DNA from: Nemertoderma westbladi
Taxonomy: Eukaryota; Animalia; Xenacoelomorpha
Length of the DNA stretch: 64,000 nt
Reading direction: 5' to 3'
Assembly: GCA_032718475.1 (NCBI GenBank)
Contig: JAUCBJ010001088.1
Coordinates: 62,001-126,000, forward strand
The notes below the pieces were generated by a model. That model saw only the letters and a list, made by a program, of their open reading frames with translations. It was not told the origin of the DNA and made no database searches. Within the stretch, counting starts at the first letter, position 1, and each line of letters opens with the position of its first letter. Positions 58,271-64,000 of this stretch are shown here, piece after piece. A program made the position numbers and the translations under genes.

Positions 58271-58910
58271 ACATCTTGGCCAGATCGGATAGTGAAGGGC
58301 ACGCTAAGTGTCATGAGGTTGACACGCTAAAGCGTGGTATCGGTCGGCGCAGGGCAGACTGCAATACCGGCAGATGCAGGAAACGGCAGGTTCGTGGAAA
58401 CCTATCCCCGTCCCACACAGTCGGTGATGGAAGCCGTGGACTGTCGCCCTCGTGACCACATGTCTGTTTCGCTGTCCAGCTGTGCGCCACGTGGATGACT
58501 GAAAAGCTGGGCCCCTGGTGTAACCTTCGTCGATGTAGTTCTGTTGGCTCTCGTCACGAAATTTTCTGTACTGGTGAAATACATCTGAGTTAAAAGCGTT
58601 GGGATATTTCCGGATAATGTCGTCGGTACACGTAGATTCTCCCACTAAGTTTAATGCTAAAGTCGCTGATGATGACGTATGTATCCTGAGCAGCCGTTTG
58701 ATATAAGTGGTAGTATTAATAGTATACCCTCTTCGGCGACAGTTGGACCAACTTCACACCTTCGGTGTTAAGTAGGTCATTAATTAATTAATTAATTAAT
58801 TAATTAATTAATTGGACGATTAAACAATTAATTAACTGTTTAATCGATCGATTTGTATCAAATAATGTTGCCAAAAGCAATTTAATTTGACACAAATCAA
58901 TCAGGGAAGC

Positions 58911-59040
58911 AGGACAATTCGGTCCTAAAATATGCATATTAATGGGACCGAATTGTCCGGGACCGAATTGTCCGGGACCGAATTGTCCGGGACCGAATTG
59001 TCCGGGACCGAATTGTCCAGGACCGAATTGTCCGGGACCA
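58911..59040. repeat. 15-bp tandem repeat (~6 copies) plus one inverted copy; likely MITE terminal motif
   Basis: gggaccgaattgtcc repeats at 58944-59040; inverted ggacaattcggtcc at 58911. Confidence 0.85.
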
Positions 59041-59600
59041 AATTTAATTGGTATTATATAATGGTGAATGTTCTAGAAACTTAATATATATTATTATATG
59101 GTAGGTAGCTAGAGTTTTTTTTACTAGCTAGTATTTTTTTAAAAATAAAAAAAATTTACTTTTTTTTGTTAGCATTATTATTATTTTATGGTAGCTATGG
59201 TGTTTTTATGGAGCTTGTGAATTATTTACTAGCTAGTAATAGTATGTATTTAAAATGTTTATTTTTAAAACTGATATTTTTTATATACTGCGTATGTATA
59301 CTGTATGTGATGTTGGTTGGTTAACAAGCCTAAATTATCTCATCTCATCTCATATCTCAAAATTAATCTCATTCAGGGACTGTTATAATATCATCAATAT
59401 TTTTGGTAATTAATATAATCAGCAACAGTTTAGGCCTAATTCTGAAATATCAATGTTTTCACAAGTGTTTTTATAATTTTAAGGAAATGCTAGCTAATAA
59501 AAAAAACACTAGCTACACCTTAATAAATAATATATAATAATGTTCTCGAATACTACCAATAACAAAAATAAAAAAAAATACAGTATTTTTAAATTTAAAA

Positions 59601-60077
59601 ACTACACCAGGAAAAGTAGAGTTTGGGAAAGGAATCCAAACACTACACCAGGAAAAGTAGAGTTTGGGAAAGGAATCCAAACACTACACCAGGAAAAGTA
59701 GAGTTTGGGAAAGGAATCCAAACACTACACCAGGAAAAGTAGAGTTTGGGAAAGGAATCCAAACACTACACCAGGAAAAGTAGAGTTTGGGAAAGGAATC
59801 CAAACACTACACCAGGATAAGTAGATTTTGGAAAAGGAATCCAAACACTACACCAGGAAAAGTAGAGTTTGGAAAAGGAATCCAGACACTACACCAGGAA
59901 AAGTAGAGTTTGGGAAAGGAATCCAAACACTACACCAGGAAAAGTAGAGTTTGGGAAAGGAATCCAAACACTACACCAGAAAAAGTAGAGTTTGGGAAAG
60001 GAATCCAAACACTACACCAGAAAAAGTAGAGTTTGGGAATGGAATCCAAACACTACACCAGGAAGAGTAGAGTTTGA
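59601..60077. repeat. 41-bp hairpin-forming tandem repeat, ~11.5 copies
   Basis: Highly homogeneous actacaccaggaaaagtagagtttgggaaaggaatccaaac units. Confidence 0.97.
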
Positions 60078-60084
60078 GTAGAGT

Positions 60085-61427
60085 AGAGTTAATATCTATG
60101 TGCTTCTGTCTGCGAGCTTACTGACTGCCAGACTGCTTGACGCCACTTGGACGGAAATCGGCAGCTAATCGCCACACGCGTTTGCTTAGTTGATCTTAGA
60201 TGGCAGCTTGTTGTGGCTGCAACGGGAAGACTGGTTGGTGCAGGAAGTGCGTCTGCGCGAAAGCACATCGAGACTGTAGTATCAGCTGCGCCGCGAGGAA
60301 GAACGGGAATTGTGAAAACGTCGGTACGTCGTTAGTTCAGCCGTCATCTTTCCAGCCACTGCCGGACTGGGGCAGTGCTGTTCAGTTAATGTGGACGTAC
60401 TTTTCTCAGCCATTAGATATATGTTCTCGTCGGCAGATGAAACCTGGTTGGACAATGATGGAACGTTATTTTCTCTCTCATCTTCATCTGTGGGCGTTAA
60501 GTCTGGGGCAATTCCTAGTCACGCCGGTGCTGGTCCTGAGCTGTCTGGTGCCTGTACTGGTCTGTCTGGTGTTAGCCCATGGTTGTCTGGGATGTCTACC
60601 GCGTCCTCGCCTGGACCCACTATGTCTACCGCGCCCCGGTCTGGACCCACGATGTCTACCGCGTCCCCACCTGGACCCACGATGTCTACCGCGTCGCCAC
60701 CTGGACCCACTATGTCTACCGCGTCCCCGCCAGGACCCACGATGTCTACCGTGTCCCCGCCTAGACCCACGATGTCTACCACATCCCCACCTGGACATAC
60801 GATGTCTACCGCATCCCCGCCTGGGCCCACGATGTCTACCGCGTTCCCGTCTGGACCCACGATGTCTACCGCGTCCCCGCCTGGACCCACTATGTCTACC
60901 GCGTCCCCGCCAGGACCCACGATGTCTACCGTGTCCCCGCCTGGACCCACGATGTCTACCACATCCCCACCTGGACACACGATGTCTACCGCATCCCCGC
61001 CTGGACCCACGATGTCTACCGCGTTCCCGTCTGGACCCACGATGTCTACCGCGTCCCCGCCTGGACCCATGATGTCTACCGCGTCCCCGCCAGGGCCCAC
61101 GATGTCTACCGCGTCCCCGCCTGGACCCACGATGTCTACCGCGTCCCCATCTGGACCTACACTGGCTTTAGTGGGTTGGTGTAATGGTAGATTCCCTGTT
61201 CACCAGTTAGATACCTCAATAAGACACATATACGAAACTATTGTACATTGGAGGGCTAACTTGTTCCTGGTCCCCCCAGGTGCTATAGGTAGAGAACTGG
61301 TAAGCGAAATGTCGAGAATAGTGGGTCTAGCAACTATGGATAACCCATTAAGAAATGTCGCCCTATCGGCGTTGATGATACTGCCGGCGCTGCTCCTGCA
61401 GAAAACCAGCCGGATGTCTACAATGGC
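60085..61427 (+). mobile_element. 5' part of a CRE-like (RLE-type) non-LTR retrotransposon, interrupted by the Copia insertion
   Basis: ATG at 60200 opens a Cys-rich CxC-like N-terminus (CCGCNGKTGWCRKCVC..CSISC..C). In another frame: IYETIVHWRANLFLVPPGAIGRELVSE..ALMILPALLLQK, resembling pre-RT motifs of animal CRE elements. RT is not in the window. Confidence 0.6.
60592..61160 (+). repeat. 30-bp coding VNTR, ~19 copies (MSTASPPGPT)
   Basis: gatgtctaccgcgtccccgcctggacccac repeats, in frame within the CRE-like ORF. Confidence 0.95.
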
Positions 61428-61648
61428 TGTTAATCTAAAGATGACCAGATACTGTTGTACCGGTAGGTGGTGGTTGGTAGTATGCTCTGTAGGCCTATCG
61501 TTATTGACGGCTGTATTATAATATAGTAGCGTATGTTTGGTGGTGTGTAAATTGAGTTTACTGTCCCGGTTCTGCATACCGGTATCTTAACTAACTGCCA
61601 CATATATATATATATTATTATTATATTTCTCGATATTGATGATTAACA
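61428..61648 (+). mobile_element. 5' LTR (221 bp) of a GalEa-type Copia element
   Basis: Perfect 8-bp terminal IR TGTTAATC...GATTAACA; starts where CRE-like homology ends and is followed by a PBS. Confidence 0.8.
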
Positions 61649-61650
61649 AT

Positions 61651-61662
61651 TGGTAGCAGAGC
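61651..61662 (+). promoter_or_regulatory. Primer-binding site (initiator tRNA-Met)
   Basis: TGGTAGCAGAGC two nt after the LTR end, typical of GalEa Copia. Confidence 0.85.
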
Positions 61663-61816
61663 GTTGTGAATTTATATTTGCGTAGCAAGCGAAGAAATTA
61701 ATGCGAAGTAGTTAATTAAAGGGATAATTTAGCAAGCGACAATTTACGATAATTTGTGTCAGAGGTTAGTGTTTTAGTTGTTTAATTTCAGCGTTTAGTG
61801 TTTAGTACATGCAGTC

Positions 61817-64000
61817 ATGACAGCCCCCAGTCCGTCAACGACAACCTTCAAAATAAACCCTCCAACATTTAATTCCGCCAGTAAGTCATATGAGCGATAC
61901 AAGCAGGAGTTGCTCGCATGGAGAGAAATTACAGATTTACCAAAACCTAAACAAGCGATAGCTATTGCTCTCTCCTTTCCAGACAATGATACCTCGAAAA
62001 TACGCGAGAAAGTTTTTGATGAAATTCCATTGGATAATTTAAAGTTGGTCGATGGGTTTGACACTCTTGTTAGATTTCTCGATCTGAAACTTGGGAAAGA
62101 CGACCTGGAAGACTGTCTGGAGAAATTTGAAGATTTTGAAGATTATTTCAAATCTCAATCAGAAACAATTTTTGAGTATATATCAAACTTCGACCAAAAA
62201 TATCAACGAATAAAGAAGCATAACATCGTACTTCCTGCCGCAGTTTTGGCTTTCAAGTTAATTCGCAATTCGCGTGTTTCTAAAGAGGAGAAGTTGCTTG
62301 TAATTACCGGTTTAGATTATACAAGGAAAGATGAATTATATGATCAGAGTCAAAAATCACTGAAGAAGTTTATTGGCAAATCCATGACATCTGATTCCAC
62401 TACAACTTCAAATCCGGCAATAAAACTAGAACCGCTATTCTTGGCAGAGAATGAGGAGGCATTGGCAGCTGCGGGCTATTATCGTGGCCAGGGATATCGG
62501 GGGTTTAGAGGCGCTGGTGGAACTCCAGGTGGAAGTAACTACTTCAATTCTACAAGACGAAATTATGTACCTTATAAGCCTAGCAATCTCGGTTCTTTTC
62601 GATCGGGTGTTAATTATCCAGGCGGAGGTGGGAACATTAGATCAAATTTGGTTCAAGAGAGGAAGGTTAACCCATCAGGTACTGACGGCCGTCCGCTTAC
62701 TTGTCGATGTTGTGGTTCGTTTCGTCATCTAATAAAAGATTGCCCAGACACCTGGGAAAACATCGCGAAGGTGAATATAACAGACAATGAAAACCATGGA
62801 ATAGATTATGATAATGAACAGCCACTTTATTTTGATGAATCTGAAAATGTCTTGCTTAGTGTATTTGCTTCATCCAATGAAATGTGGCAGTTGGGGATCG
62901 AAGCAACAAATTGCGCAGTTTTAGATAGTGCTTGCACTAGTACAGTATGTGGTGAGAAATGGCTTAATACTTATCTCTCCTCTCTTAATGATGATGACAG
63001 AAAACGTGTTGCATTTAATTCCAGTAAAAAAATGTTTAAATTTGGAGCTGGTTCCAAACTTGCTTCATAGGGGGAGTATGTCCTTCCCGCAGTGATTGCA
63101 GGCAAGAACGTTTCCATCAGAACAGATATTGTTGATTCTGAAATACCTCTTCTACTATCCAAAACATCTATGAAGAGAGCCCAAATGAAGATCGATTTAG
63201 AGACTGATACTGCAGAAGTTTTTGGTAAAGTTATAGCTTTGAACATGACATCATCCGGTCATTATTGTCTTCCAATTAGTATTCCAGCTGAGGAGAATAT
63301 GATTTTTGCTGTTGATTTTAATGGCCTTGAAAAATGTGAATTACACAAAGTTTTATTAAAAATACATCGACAGTTTGCTCATCCTTCATCAGTGAAGTTT
63401 ATTAACTTATTACAAGATGCCGGAGTCTGGAAAGATTCATTTTCAGACATTGTAAACAATATTACAGATAATTGTGATGTCTGTAAGCGATTCACAAAGA
63501 CACGCCCAAGACCTGTTGTTGCTTTGCCTATGGCAAATAGATTTAATGAAGTAATCGCAATTGATTTAAAGGCATGGGAATCAGAATGGATTTTGCATAT
63601 GGTTGATGTATGGTCCCGATATAATATATCTGTATTTGTTTCAAACAAGAAGACGTCTACAATTGTTGATAAGATTATGCGAAATTGGGTTGCATATTTC
63701 GGTACTATGGGTGCAATTATGTCCGATAATGGTGGTGAGTTCAGTTCCGATGAGGTAAGGGAAATTTCTTCAATATTGAATGTTAAAGTTCATACTACAG
63801 CTGGTTACAGTCCATATCAGAATGGATTATGTGAAAGAATACATGCAATCACTGACTTTATGTTGAAGAAACTCAAGGAGGATCAAAGCAAAGTTGCTGT
63901 GGAAATATTACTACCATGGGCCAACATGGCTAAGAATTCACTCCAAATGTGGAATGGTTATACGAGCAATCAACTAGTTTTTGGCCAGAATCCACAAATT
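61817..64000 (+). pseudogene. GalEa-clade Ty1/Copia gag-protease-integrase polyprotein with one in-frame TAG at 63068-63070; runs off the window
   Basis: CRCCGSFRHLIKDC knuckle and VLDSAC protease. After the TAG the same frame continues: IPLLLS, GHY, HRQFAHP..CDVC, IAIDL, VDVWSRY, SDNGGEF, SPYQNGLCER (protease-then-integrase order). Confidence 0.9.

Noticed and set aside
58147-58740. ORF cluster upstream of the minus-strand LINE
   Set aside because: No motif identified and non-ATG starts; cannot be assigned.
59601-60077. CRISPR-like array of hairpin repeats
   Set aside because: Units are directly adjacent with no unique spacers, there are no cas genes, and the context is eukaryotic.
60391-61521. 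Host mucin gene
   Set aside because: No signal peptide; flanked by retrotransposon-like motifs, and its C-terminus is read from the Copia LTR.

Overview
This is eukaryotic (metazoan, probably non-vertebrate bilaterian) genomic DNA, AT-rich and largely made of nested transposable elements and TE-derived tandem repeats; it is not prokaryotic. One host gene can be built: a 4-exon secreted coiled-coil + fibrinogen-C (FReD) protein of about 290 aa on the + strand (29338-38736), whose 7.9-kb first intron holds an apparently intact piggyBac transposon. Retroelements: a Bel-Pao gag-protease element with internally deleted pol fused to a 3'-truncated RTE LINE, a Crack/L2-type LINE, several decayed CR1/L2 LINEs, a Bel-Pao pol remnant, a Gypsy RNase H remnant, a SINE-like insert, a CRE-like element, and a GalEa-type Copia running off the right end. 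DNA elements: Tc1-like, MULE-like and hAT/P-like MITEs, a Helentron-type (HINE) element, and a head-to-tail trimer of non-autonomous Helitrons. Highlights: (i) the Helitron trimer carries about 25 co-oriented CTCF-consensus motifs at a 146-bp period just upstream of the FReD promoter, and its empty site can be rebuilt exactly; (ii) the piggyBac looks complete; (iii) several satellites can be traced to their TE source within this window. Family assignments come from recalled motifs, not database searches.
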